Shown here piece after piece: positions 41,415-50,980 of a DNA stretch of 64,000 nt. This stretch comes from Nitrospinales bacterium (GTDB lineage Bacteria > Nitrospinota > Nitrospinia > Nitrospinales > VA-1), in contig CBDCXL010000001.1 of NCBI GenBank assembly GCA_965223795.1, forward strand, positions 320,001 to 384,000. Direction: 5' to 3'. A program made the translations under genes and the position numbers. The number at the start of each line of letters is the position of its first letter. The first letter of the stretch is position 1. The notes below the pieces were generated by a model. The model made no database searches and was not told the origin of the DNA. It was given only the letters and a program-made list of their open reading frames with translations.

Positions 41415-42326
41415 TCAGTGGTTCAGGATTTCATAAAACGGTTTCCATTTGGAAAGCACGCGGTCGAACTCGGGATTTCCCATGAGGCATTCCTGAATTT
41501 TGATCTGGGCTTTTTCGATGACTTCGGGATTGCGCTGTTCCTTTGGGATGTCCGCCTGTTTCGCCAGGGTGTGCAGGGAATAGATCATTTCCTTGAAGTT
41601 GATGGCTTCGCGGGCGACGCGCATCTTCCATTCCTTGCGTTCGGACACCTGGTGCGCGGGAGGGATCTCGCGCTCGACCTTTTTGCCCCGGTTCACGCCT
41701 TCGATGATGCCCGCGTGTACGCCGTCGAGAACGGTGGCATCGGCGCCGGCGGCTTTCAGCTTGTCGAAGATGAGGTTGATCTCCTGCAGACTGGGAATCA
41801 GCGTCAACTGGATCAGGGTGTCCTGGTCGATGCCGTATTTTTCGGTCAGCTCCTTCGGGGTGATCCTTTTCGCACTGCTGAACTCCGCGTTGAGGGCGTC
41901 GATGAGCTTGAGCATCCCGGTCTCCAGTTTTTCCTTGGCCTGGGTCCGGTTTTTTTCGATGCATTCGTCGAGCACGGCCTCTTTGCCGAGATACTTGAAG
42001 GTGTCGCGGAACTTTTTATCGAGATCGAAGAGGATGGCGTCCACTTCGCGGTTGAGGTGCGTTATCACGCGCAGGTGCCGGTCGGCGTCGATGGGCACCT
42101 GAAACTTTTTGCGGATCTCCTTTTCGACCTTGAAGTAGTCCTTGGGAATGGAGCGCAGCAGCTTCTCGTAGGAGGCGCACACCGCGTCCATCCGCTCCAT
42201 GGAGTTCTTCTTGTTCTCCTTGGTGTAGCGGACGTTGATCTTGCCCACGCGCACGGAGTTTTCCTGAAGTAGCGCGACCACCTTTGCCTGCCCCATTGCG
42301 TCGATTTTAGTGTCTAGGTCTTCCAT
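41415..42326 (-). CDS. Hypothetical helical cytoplasmic protein
   Basis: Long ORF with typical codon bias. No recognised motif. Confidence 0.7.
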   Translation of the reverse strand: MEDLDTKIDAMGQAKVVALLQENSVRVGKINVRYTKENKKNSMERMDAVCASYEKLLRSIPKDYFKVEKEIRKKFQVPIDADRHLRVITHLNREVDAILFDLDKKFRDTFKYLGKEAVLDECIEKNRTQAKEKLETGMLKLIDALNAEFSSAKRITPKELTEKYGIDQDTLIQLTLIPSLQEINLIFDKLKAAGADATVLDGVHAGIIEGVNRGKKVEREIPPAHQVSERKEWKMRVAREAINFKEMIYSLHTLAKQADIPKEQRNPEVIEKAQIKIQECLMGNPEFDRVLSKWKPFYEILNH

Positions 42327-42353
42327 CCGGATGTATGAGCGGTCTGCCTGGAA

Positions 42354-43163
42354 TCAAGGGTTGTCGAGCGAGGTGGATTTTGCGCAGCGGCAGCCGATCC
42401 CGTAGAAATCCTTGGCGTCGTCGTATCCGTAACGGCTGGAGGATCTGAGGTACCCCGGCAGGCTGTTCCAGGCACCCCCGCGAATCGTGTGGTGTTTCCC
42501 ACTCTCAGGCCCCTGGGGATTCTTGTAGGGGCTTTCCTTATAATAGGTTTTATCATACCAGTCGTGCACCCATTCGGCAACATTTCCGGCCAGGTCGTGC
42601 ACCCCTTCCGGCGTTTTCCCCTTGGGGTTCTGGCCGACCTCGTTGAGCACGAGGCCCTTCATGATGAAGCAGCAGCGGTTGAAATTGGCGCGCGAGGGGT
42701 CGGGCTCTTCGTTGCCCCAGGGGTAGCGGCGGCTCTCCAGACCGGCGGCGGCGCGCTCCCATTCCGCCTCGGTCGGGAGGCGTTTTCCCTGCCAACGGCA
42801 ATAGTCGCGGCAGCGCTTCCAGGTCAGGCCGAACACGGGACGGTTCGCCATGTCCGGCAGAACGGTCCTGCCGTCCCAGCCGGTGATGGTCGGGTGCTGC
42901 TTCGGGTTGGCGGCGAGGTAGCGCTCGAAATCCTTGCCCGTCGCTTCGAACCGGTCGATGGCGAACGCGTCCAGATATACTTTGTGGCGCGGGCGCTCGT
43001 CCTTGCGCCCTTCCTCGTCCGGATTTCCCATCCAGAATTCTCCGGCCGGGAAATGGACCATGCCGCCACTCTCCGCAAATAGCGGAATCGGGGCGGTCCA
43101 GCTTGCCAGAAGGACGGCGGCGACCGCGATCCGCATCCTGTTATAAAAAGATTGTGCCGTCAC
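42354..43163 (-). CDS. FGE-sulfatase-domain (SUMF1 family) exported protein
   Basis: Signal peptide. F.MG, KRLPTEAEWERAA, DLAGNVAEW, RGGAW and G.RC motifs. Confidence 0.88.
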   Translation of the reverse strand: MTAQSFYNRMRIAVAAVLLASWTAPIPLFAESGGMVHFPAGEFWMGNPDEEGRKDERPRHKVYLDAFAIDRFEATGKDFERYLAANPKQHPTITGWDGRTVLPDMANRPVFGLTWKRCRDYCRWQGKRLPTEAEWERAAAGLESRRYPWGNEEPDPSRANFNRCCFIMKGLVLNEVGQNPKGKTPEGVHDLAGNVAEWVHDWYDKTYYKESPYKNPQGPESGKHHTIRGGAWNSLPGYLRSSSRYGYDDAKDFYGIGCRCAKSTSLDNP

Positions 43164-43282
43164 GGCGATGCCTTTATGATGGTTTCGGCTTTTGAAAGCG
43201 GTTTGCCCGTCTGTCCGGAAACCGTGAACCCTTCTTCACAAGGAGTCCTTTTCATAAGACCGCAGGGAAGCATATAGTAAAC

Positions 43283-43340
43283 TGTCACCCTGAGCTTGTC
43301 GAAGGGTGCTTGACGATGCTTCGACAGGCTCAGCATGACA
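43283..43340. repeat. REP-like imperfect palindromic element
   Basis: TGTCACCCTGAGCTTGTCGAAG...CTTCGACAGGCTCAGCATGACA. Confidence 0.8.
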
Positions 43341-43397
43341 AACGGGTTTTCTATGAAAAGGTCTCACTAAGTCAGCGCCCCGCTCGGATCCCCGCCG

Positions 43398-43907
43398 GTG
43401 CTGCGTTTCCGTCCTGCTGTGCGACTCATCAAACAGATCGACCGTCTGCTGGGAAAATTCGAGGCCGTGGGCCTGACGCTGATCCTGTCCGTCATGATCG
43501 GCCTGACGTTCCTGCAGGTGATCCTGCGCAACGTGTTCAGCGGCGGCATCCTGTGGGCCGACCTGCTGGTCCGCCAGCTGGTGCTGTGGGCCGGTTTTCT
43601 CGGTGCCTCGCTGGCGGTGCGGGAGCACAAGCACATCTCGATCGATTTTCTGCCGCATTTTCTCCCGGATTCCTGGGAAAAGCCCATCCGCGCGTTCACG
43701 CACCTCGCCGCCGCCGCGGTCAGTGCGTTTCTGGCGCGGGCGGCGTTCGACTTCGTCCGCTTCGAGCAGGAAGGCGGGTCGGTGCTGTTTCTGGACATCC
43801 CGGTCTGGTGGTTTCAGACCATCCTGCCCTACGGCTTCTGCGTGATCGCCGTCCGTTTTCTCATCCAGGCGTGGGACGTCGTCTTCGCCGCCAACCCGAA
43901 AGCCTGA
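43398..43907 (+). CDS. dctQ: TRAP transporter small permease
   Basis: QV.LR.VF..G..WAD, LW.GFLGA.LA....HI.ID motifs. 4 TM helices. Confidence 0.9.
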   Translation: MLRFRPAVRLIKQIDRLLGKFEAVGLTLILSVMIGLTFLQVILRNVFSGGILWADLLVRQLVLWAGFLGASLAVREHKHISIDFLPHFLPDSWEKPIRAFTHLAAAAVSAFLARAAFDFVRFEQEGGSVLFLDIPVWWFQTILPYGFCVIAVRFLIQAWDVVFAANPKA

Positions 43908-45182
43908 ATGACCGCCCTGCTGATAGCCTGCCTCGTCCTGCTCGCGGTGCTCGGCGTGCCGCTGTACGCGGTGATCGGGCTTGCGGCGCTGATCTCCTTC
44001 GGCCAGGCCGAGATCGACGCCGCAGGGATCTTCATCGAGCTGTACCGGGTCACCAGCAACCCGACGCTGGTGGCGATCCCGCTGTTCACGTTCGCGGGCT
44101 TCATCCTGGCGAACGGCCGGACGCCGGAGCGGCTGACGCGCCTGTCGCAGGAATTTCTCGGTGGCATCCGCGGCGGCGTGCCGCTGGTGGTGCTCACCGC
44201 CTGCGCGTTTTTCACGGCGTTCACAGGCGCGTCCGGCGTCACCATCATCGCGCTGGGAGGGCTATTGTACCCTCTGTTGCTCAAGGAAATGTACTCGAAA
44301 AATTTCTCGCTCGGGCTGATGACCTCCTCGGGCAGCCTGGGGCTTCTGTTCCCGCCGTCGATCCCGTTGATTTTGTACGGCCTGGTGGCGCAGGTCAACG
44401 TCGATCAGCTGTTTCTCGCGGGGATCGTGCCCGGCATCCTGATGATCGCGATCGTCGGGCTGTACAGCGTGTGGAAGAGCCGCAGCTTCCAGATTCCGAA
44501 ACGGCCGTTCCAGTTGTCTTCGGCGTGGCAGGCGCTGCGCGACGCGATCTGGGAGATCCCGCTGCCCTTTCTCATCCTGTTCGGCATCTACGGCGGCATC
44601 ATCACCGTGACCGAGGCGGCGGCGGTGACGGTGGTGTACGTGATCGTGGTCGAATCGCTGATCTACAGAGACCTGCATCCGTTTCAGGACCTGCCGCGCA
44701 TCCTGCGCGAGAGCATGGTGCTGGTGGGCGCGATCCTCATCATCCTGGGCACGGCGATGGGCTTCACCAGCTACCTGATCGACGAGCAGGTGCCGATGCA
44801 GCTTCTGGACACGATGAAGCAGTACATCGACAACCCGGTGACCTTTCTCATCGTGCTCAATGTGTTCCTGCTGGTCGTGGGCTGCATGATGGATATCTTT
44901 TCGGCGCTCATCGTGGTGGTGCCGCTGATCGTTCCCATCGCCAAGAGCTTCGATGTGAACATGGTGCACCTGGGGATCATCTTCCTCACCAACCTGGAGA
45001 TCGGCTACTCGACGCCGCCGGTGGGGATCAATCTGTTCATCGCCAGCTCCCGCTTCGAGGAGCCCATCGTGAAACTGTACCGCGCCGCCCTTCCCTTCCT
45101 CGGCCTGAGGCTCATCGGGCTGCTTCTGATCACGTATTTTCCCTTCCTCAGCCTGTTCCTGGTGGATTGGGCGAACCGTTAG
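43908..45182 (+). CDS. dctM: TRAP transporter large permease
   Basis: L.AIPLF..AG, GSLGLLFPPSIP and TPPVG.NLF motifs. Confidence 0.93.
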   Translation: MTALLIACLVLLAVLGVPLYAVIGLAALISFGQAEIDAAGIFIELYRVTSNPTLVAIPLFTFAGFILANGRTPERLTRLSQEFLGGIRGGVPLVVLTACAFFTAFTGASGVTIIALGGLLYPLLLKEMYSKNFSLGLMTSSGSLGLLFPPSIPLILYGLVAQVNVDQLFLAGIVPGILMIAIVGLYSVWKSRSFQIPKRPFQLSSAWQALRDAIWEIPLPFLILFGIYGGIITVTEAAAVTVVYVIVVESLIYRDLHPFQDLPRILRESMVLVGAILIILGTAMGFTSYLIDEQVPMQLLDTMKQYIDNPVTFLIVLNVFLLVVGCMMDIFSALIVVVPLIVPIAKSFDVNMVHLGIIFLTNLEIGYSTPPVGINLFIASSRFEEPIVKLYRAALPFLGLRLIGLLLITYFPFLSLFLVDWANR

Positions 45183-45298
45183 TCCCGGTTTATCAAGGCC
45201 GATTTATTTAAATTTGACAAGTCCCGCCGCGCTCTTCACAATGGGGAACTCACCCGAAACCGCTTGTAAAATCAAGAAGATGGAGAGTTCTCCCCGCT

Positions 45299-46207
45299 AT
45301 GGACCGACGCACGTTTCTAAAGACCGTCACTGGATTGACCATGGGCCTCGCCGGTGCGCATCTGGCCCTGCCCTATAAGGCGAAAGCCGGAATCGTCTCG
45401 CCGCTGACGGACTTTGTCGCGCAGCATTATTTGGATGGCCGAATCCGTAAAAATATCTTAAAATTGAAAGCGCAAAATCCGGATCTGAAAGTGGGAGACA
45501 CGCACTGTCATTCCACGTTTTCGGACGGGCATTTCCCGGTGGACGCCATTGTCAAACGCGCTTCGAAACTGGGGCTGGATTACCTGGTCATCTCCGAGCA
45601 CCTGATGGCGGACATGTATCCGCTGGAAGCGACGCTCGCCTCCATCCGCGAGCGCTGGCGCTGCGTGCAGGAATGGGAGCACGCGGACGTGGCTCCGGTG
45701 AAGGTGTACCCGGCGTTTGAGATCAGCACCCGCGAGGGGCACCTGATCCTGGTGCTGGACGAATATTACCTGCACCCGGACCGGCACGGCGAGCTTCGGA
45801 CTCAATTCAAGGCGTTCGACAAAAAGATCGAGCCGGTGGACAAGGCCGCGCAACTGGCGGCGCCGTTCGGGGGCATCAGCATCATCCCGCACCCGGAGAT
45901 CGAACGCAGCTACCCGTTCGGGATTCCGGTGAATTTTGCCAAAAAGAATCTCACGGGTCTGGTGGATGGCATCGAGGATGTGTCCACCGGCCACGGATTC
46001 GCGGAAAATCATTCCGAATTTCTCGGAATGGCTTCGATCGGTTCCAGTGACGACCATTTCAACGCCCTGGTGGGCACCACGGTGACCGGTTTCGATTCGA
46101 GGCAGCACAAGGATTTCATCGCCGCGGTCAAGGCGAAGGCCACCCGGGCCATCAAGGTGGAAAACTCCATCGACCCACTCATTTCCGCGGCCAGACTGGT
46201 TTTATGA
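45299..46207 (+). CDS. PHP-domain metallophosphoesterase with Tat signal
   Basis: MDRRTFLK leader. D.HCHS.FSDG, EH, EIST..GH, HP and SDDH motifs. Confidence 0.82.
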   Translation: MDRRTFLKTVTGLTMGLAGAHLALPYKAKAGIVSPLTDFVAQHYLDGRIRKNILKLKAQNPDLKVGDTHCHSTFSDGHFPVDAIVKRASKLGLDYLVISEHLMADMYPLEATLASIRERWRCVQEWEHADVAPVKVYPAFEISTREGHLILVLDEYYLHPDRHGELRTQFKAFDKKIEPVDKAAQLAAPFGGISIIPHPEIERSYPFGIPVNFAKKNLTGLVDGIEDVSTGHGFAENHSEFLGMASIGSSDDHFNALVGTTVTGFDSRQHKDFIAAVKAKATRAIKVENSIDPLISAARLVL

Positions 46208-46208
46208 C

Positions 46209-46760
46209 ATGTGGAATGGTGTTCGCACCCCTCAATCCAACTCTCACCCCATCCATTTCTGCGTTGTTCCCTTTGAAGGCAATCTGACGGGCCTTGCGGC
46301 GACCGAACAGGGCCTGTTCTGCCTGGTGCGCGATCTCGCCAGCGAGCGGGAATTCCTCGATCTGCTGCATCAGAACGGCGTGCATCACGCCGTGCGCGAT
46401 GCGTCCCGGTTCACGGGCGTGATCGGGGAGCTTGAGCGGTATTTCGCCGGCACGCTGGAGGTGTTTTCCTCGCCGCTGGATCTGACGCTGGGAACGGAGT
46501 TCCAGCAGCAGGTGTGGCGGGCGCTCACAAAAATTCCCTACGGGGAGACGCGCAGCTACCGCTGGCTGGCCGAAGCGGTGGGCCGTCCGAGAGCGATGCG
46601 CGCGGTGGGCAACGCCAACGGCAAGAACCCGCTGCCCATCATCGTGCCCTGTCACCGCGTGGTGCGGGAAAACGGCGGCCTGGGCGGCTACACGTCCGGC
46701 GTTCACATCAAACGATCCCTCCTGGATCTGGAATCGGGAAAACGTGGCGCTGTATCATAG
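46209..46760 (+). CDS. ogt: Methylated-DNA--protein-cysteine methyltransferase
   Basis: GTEFQ..VW.AL..IPYGET.SY, RAVG.A and PCHRV motifs. Confidence 0.94.
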   Translation: MWNGVRTPQSNSHPIHFCVVPFEGNLTGLAATEQGLFCLVRDLASEREFLDLLHQNGVHHAVRDASRFTGVIGELERYFAGTLEVFSSPLDLTLGTEFQQQVWRALTKIPYGETRSYRWLAEAVGRPRAMRAVGNANGKNPLPIIVPCHRVVRENGGLGGYTSGVHIKRSLLDLESGKRGAVS

Positions 46761-47493
46761 CAAAGGCGTCGTCCTGAGACGGTTCAACCTGTCGGAAAAG
46801 GACAAGGTGGTGACCGTGCTGACGGAAAAGTACGGCCGCGTCAAATGCGTGGCCCGGTCGGCGCGCAAGATCAAAAGCCGGTTTTCCGCGTCGCTGGAAC
46901 CGCTGTCGTTCGTCGAAGTGGTGTTTTTCGGCAAGGAGCAGCAGGAGCTGTACAGCCTCAACCAGGCGGACATCGTGGAATCGTTCCAGACGGTGCGCGA
47001 GGATCTGTCCCGTCTCTATCTTGGAATCTATTTCTGCGAACTGATCGACGTGTTTCTGCCGGAAGCGCACCCGGAACCGCGGGCCTACGCGCTGCTCACC
47101 GATGCCCTGCATGCGCTTGCGGCGGGAGCTGGCGGCGAGCCGCTGTGCCGGCTGTTCGAGATGCGGCTGTTGTGCCTGTCGGGATTCCGCCCCGAACTCA
47201 ACCGCTGCACCGCCTGCCTGTCCGCCGTGATGAACGGCAAGGTCGGGTTCGATCCGGCGCGCAACGGCATCCTGTGCGGCGGCTGCCTGGAACCGGCCAA
47301 TCAGAGATTCACCACCGGAACGCTCAACTATCTCAAGAAACTGCTGACGCTGGAGGTGCGCAACGCCGGGCGTCTGAAATTTGCCAAGGGGATGGACGCG
47401 GACATCGAGCGGGTGACGCACCGGCAGATCCTGTCTCATCTCGGCAGGGAACTCAAGTCCTACCCGTTTGTCACTTTCCGGCAGGCGGGATGA
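46744..47493 (+). CDS. recO: DNA repair protein RecO
   Basis: G.VL.....E.DK.V..LT..YG.V...AR.ARK.KSR N-terminus, C..C...C..C Zn site and LKS C-terminus. Confidence 0.92.
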   Translation: MALYHSKGVVLRRFNLSEKDKVVTVLTEKYGRVKCVARSARKIKSRFSASLEPLSFVEVVFFGKEQQELYSLNQADIVESFQTVREDLSRLYLGIYFCELIDVFLPEAHPEPRAYALLTDALHALAAGAGGEPLCRLFEMRLLCLSGFRPELNRCTACLSAVMNGKVGFDPARNGILCGGCLEPANQRFTTGTLNYLKKLLTLEVRNAGRLKFAKGMDADIERVTHRQILSHLGRELKSYPFVTFRQAG

Positions 47494-47507
47494 TATAAGG
47501 AGACATC

Positions 47508-47894
47508 ATGAAACGAAGCATCGTCAAAACCGATCAGGCGCCCGCGGCCATCGGCCCGTACGAGCAGGGCGTGCGCGTGGGGGATTTTCTGTTCATCTCC
47601 GGGCAGATTCCGCTCGACCCAAAGACGGGAGAATTTCTCACCGGCAGCATCGAAGCGGAAACCGAACGCACGCTGAAAAGCCTGGAAGCCATCCTCAAGG
47701 CGGGCGGGCTGACTCTCGATCACGTGGTCAAGACCACAGTTTATCTTTCGGACCTCAACGACTTCGCCCGCATGAACGCGGTCTATGAAACGTTTTTTGC
47801 GCAGAGCAAACCGGCCCGCGCCTGTGTGCAGGTGGCAGCGCTGCCCAAGGCATCGAAAATCGAGATCGACGCCATCGCCGTCGCAAAGGAGTGA
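47508..47894 (+). CDS. ridA: RidA/YjgF family enamine deaminase
   Basis: AP.AIGPY.Q, SGQIP.DP and PAR..V.V..LP....EI motifs. Confidence 0.93.
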   Translation: MKRSIVKTDQAPAAIGPYEQGVRVGDFLFISGQIPLDPKTGEFLTGSIEAETERTLKSLEAILKAGGLTLDHVVKTTVYLSDLNDFARMNAVYETFFAQSKPARACVQVAALPKASKIEIDAIAVAKE

Positions 47895-47901
47895 AGACAA
47901 G

Positions 47902-48324
47902 ATGAAATATCCCAGGAGTCCCTACGACAAAGAAGGCGGACTGGTCTATTTCCCCCGCATGCTGGACAAAATCCGGCTCAAGCTCACAGAGCAACTTGCA
48001 GACGAATACAAGCAGAAACTGGGGAGCGGTTTCGATTCCCGCTGCTGCGAATTTCTCGGAGTTGCGTACAAGGATGTGGAGGATCAGGTGAAGTGGGGCA
48101 ACAGCGATACGGAAGTGCTCAAGTGGTGCCGCTCCCACAGTGCCGGCGGCGGCAGCGACGTCGAGGCCTGGAACGATTTCATGGTGCAGCGGGGTGCGCG
48201 GGACGCGGACCCGAAGGTGGGGGAAATGCTCGCCGGGTTCAAGCGGGATTCCGGTCTGGCGGACCGGGACGATATCCTCACGTTTTTCGATTTTTTCGAA
48301 GTGGATGAAAAAAGAAAACCATGA
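47902..48324 (+). CDS. DUF5069-like protein
   Basis: PRSP....GG..YFPRMLDKIR and D.....FLGV motifs. Confidence 0.75.
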   Translation: MKYPRSPYDKEGGLVYFPRMLDKIRLKLTEQLADEYKQKLGSGFDSRCCEFLGVAYKDVEDQVKWGNSDTEVLKWCRSHSAGGGSDVEAWNDFMVQRGARDADPKVGEMLAGFKRDSGLADRDDILTFFDFFEVDEKRKP

Positions 48325-48403
48325 CTCTTTGGCAACGTGAAAACCGCATTAACGGGAAGCCCCACTTTTTACCCACTCTACTTTTAGTCCGCACCGCAAT
48401 CCG

Positions 48404-48651
48404 ATGAGCAAGAAGAACACCGGCCAGCGAAATTTTTTCCGTTTCATGACTTTGATCGGCGTCGTGGTGATCGGCGGACTGGGCTACAGTTTCATCGGCG
48501 CGGCGCCCAACCTGAACGACGCGGAATACCACTCAGGCTCGCCGCCCGCCGAAAAATGCATGGCCTGCCACGTGCAGAACATCGAGACGGCCCCATCATG
48601 CCGCACCGGCCGATGGGCACCTGCACCCTCTGCCACCGCCCGCAGCAATAA
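48404..48651 (+). CDS. Small membrane-anchored diheme cytochrome c (apparent 1-nt deletion near 48591-48594)
   Basis: TM helix and CMACH. The shifted frame continues [22 protein letters not shown]. Confidence 0.75.
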
Positions 48652-48660
48652 TCCGCGTTT

Positions 48661-50047
48661 TTAAAAATGATGCAGCGACGGTTTGCCGACGGGATACACG
48701 TTGAAACCGATGTCGAACAGTTTTTTGTGGTCGAGCAGGTTTCTGCCGTCGAATATGAAGGCGGGTTTTTCCATGCCATCGTAGATCTTCTGGTAATCCA
48801 GGTCGCGGTACTGTTTCCACTCGGTGAGCAGGGCGATGCCGTGCGCGCCCTTCGCCGCCTCGTAAGGGATCCTCGATGAAACTGGCGAATCCCTCCAACC
48901 CTTCCAGATCTTTTTTGGCGTTGGGCAGCGCATGCGGGTCGGTGATGTTGAGCAGCGCCCTCTCCTCCAATAACCGCTTGCAGATGATGATGGCGGGCGC
49001 GTCGCGCGTGTCGCCGGTGTCGGGCTTGAAGGCGAAGCCGAAGACGGCGATCTTTTTCTGCACCAGCGTGTTGAACATGGCCTGAAGAATGCGCTTGACG
49101 AAGCGTTCCATCTGATAGTCGTTGATGGAGACCACCTGTTTCCAGAACTCGGCGACCTCATCCAACTTGTAGTGCTCGCACAGGTAGACCAGGTTGAGGA
49201 TGTCCTTGCGAAAGCAGGAGCCGCCGAACCCGACGCCGGCGTTTAAGAACTTGCTGCCCACCCGGCTGTCCTTGCCCACCGCGTTGGCGACTTCCGACAC
49301 GTCGGCTTCGGTCGCTTCGCAGATGGCGGAGATGCTGTTGATGGAAGAGATGCGCTGGGCCAGAAAGGCGTTGGAGGCCAGCTTGGAAAGCTCGCTGCTC
49401 CACACGTTGGTGGTGATGAGCTTTTCCCGCGGCACCCAGTGCTGATAAATTTTCAACAGCTCGTCGCGGGCGGCGATGCCGGAGGCGCTGTCCTTGGAGC
49501 CGATCAGGATGCGGTCGGGATTTTCCATGTCCTGGATGGCGGTGCCCTCCGCCATGAATTCGGGATTGGACAGGATCTCGAAGCGGGTGTTGTTGTTGCC
49601 GGAATGCAGGATGGTGTCCAGCGTTTCCGCGGCGCGCACCGGGATGGTGCTCTTTTCGATGACGATCTTGTCGGAGCTCGAATTTTCGCGGATGCGGCGC
49701 GCGGTGTTTTCCATGAACTGCATGTCCGCCGCCTTGCCCGCGCCTTCGCCGAAGGTCTTGGTCGGTGTGTTCACGGACACGAAGATGATGTCGGCGGCGT
49801 CGATCTCCTTGTCGATGTCGGTGGAGAAAAACAGGTTCTTGCCGCGCGCCTTGAGCACGCGCTCCTTGAGGCCGGGCTCGAAAATCGGAAGCTCGTCGGA
49901 GTTCCAGGCTTTGATGCGGGGTTCGGAAATGTCCACGACGGTGACTTTGTAGTCGGGACACTGGTTGGCGATCACGGTCATGGTGGGGCCGCCCACATAA
50001 CCGGCGCCGATGCACACCACGTGCTTGTAGAAGGAATTGCCACTCAT
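48661..50047 (-). CDS. ugd: UDP-glucose 6-dehydrogenase (apparent 1-nt insertion near 48864-48868)
   Basis: [23 protein letters not shown] and AFKPDT.DTR motifs. The C-terminus (TEW, FDGRN) lies in another frame. Confidence 0.92.
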
Positions 50048-50084
50048 TCTGTCTCCTTTTTCCGGTGCGGATCGTGAAACCTAC

Positions 50085-50124
50085 AAAAAAAGAGGCCCGG
50101 TCAAACCGCCGACCGGACCTCTTT
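50085..50124 (-). terminator. Rho-independent terminator after the c554 gene
   Basis: Minus strand reads aaagaggtccggtc...gaccgggcctcttttttt. Confidence 0.8.
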
Positions 50125-50146
50125 GTGACTCATATGCTGTGAGGCA

Positions 50147-50980
50147 TCATTTCTGGTATCTGAACTCCTTCGTCTTGGGATTGTAAGGCATTTTTTTCTT
50201 GTTGAACAAAAGCTTGTCTTTTTTGACGATGAAGTCCTCGATGAGCAGAGGCGTTTCCTCGGACTTGGCTTTCTCTTTTTTGCGGTCGTCCACTTTTTCC
50301 AGCTTCTGGTCTTCGTTGTCCTCGGTCCAGTATTTTTCGGTCGGATGCACTTTCGCTTTGCGTTCTTCGAAATTGAACTTGTACTTGTCGTGCACGTCGG
50401 GCTGGAACGGCGTCCGCTTGTGCGTGTGGCAGCGGGTGCACACGTTGGCGTAGTCCCAGCGCTGTCCGTATTTCTCGATTTCGGCTTTCGTGAAATCGCC
50501 TTTGGTGTTTTTCATGTGCACGCGGAACTGCGCTCCGCCAGCGACGGAGTGGCACATCTCGCAGCCCACTTGTTCGAGATTCGGTTCTTCCGGATCGATG
50601 GGGGAACTGATGTCCTTGCCCTTTTTGTTTTTCGTGCCCGCCGGTTTGAAGCCGCCGCTCTGCCGGTAGCCCGTGGTGTGGCAGCGCAGACAGAGCGGGT
50701 CGCTGGTGTAGTCCTTCTGCGGATCCAGCTTGACACGCTTTTTCGCCTCTTCGCGCACGCCGGGTTTCAATAGTTCGTAGGTCTTGCCGTGCGGTGATTC
50801 CTTCCAGGCCTGATAGTAAGGATCGTGGCAGCTGCCGTTGCATTTGACCGCACCTACATAGGAGGGTTTCTTGGGAATTTTCTTTTTCTTCTTTTTTCTG
50901 GCATCGGCATCGCCGGCGCCGGCCATGACAAACATGGCGGAAATCAGAATGAAGCTGAGTAACTTTAACGTCTTACTCAT
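50147..50980 (-). CDS. Tetraheme cytochrome c554-family protein
   Basis: Signal peptide. CNGSCH, CLRCH, CEMCH and CTRCH motifs. LKPG...EAK..KLDP.KDYT.D and TPF.P.V..KY.F.F blocks recall Nitrosomonas c554. Confidence 0.85.
   Translation of the reverse strand: MSKTLKLLSFILISAMFVMAGAGDADARKKKKKKIPKKPSYVGAVKCNGSCHDPYYQAWKESPHGKTYELLKPGVREEAKKRVKLDPQKDYTSDPLCLRCHTTGYRQSGGFKPAGTKNKKGKDISSPIDPEEPNLEQVGCEMCHSVAGGAQFRVHMKNTKGDFTKAEIEKYGQRWDYANVCTRCHTHKRTPFQPDVHDKYKFNFEERKAKVHPTEKYWTEDNEDQKLEKVDDRKKEKAKSEETPLLIEDFIVKKDKLLFNKKKMPYNPKTKEFRYQK

Noticed and set aside
43310..45211. 633-aa alternative-frame ORF over dctQM
   Set aside because: It is an Arg/Pro/Gly-rich off-frame product with no motifs, and dctQ and dctM explain the region.
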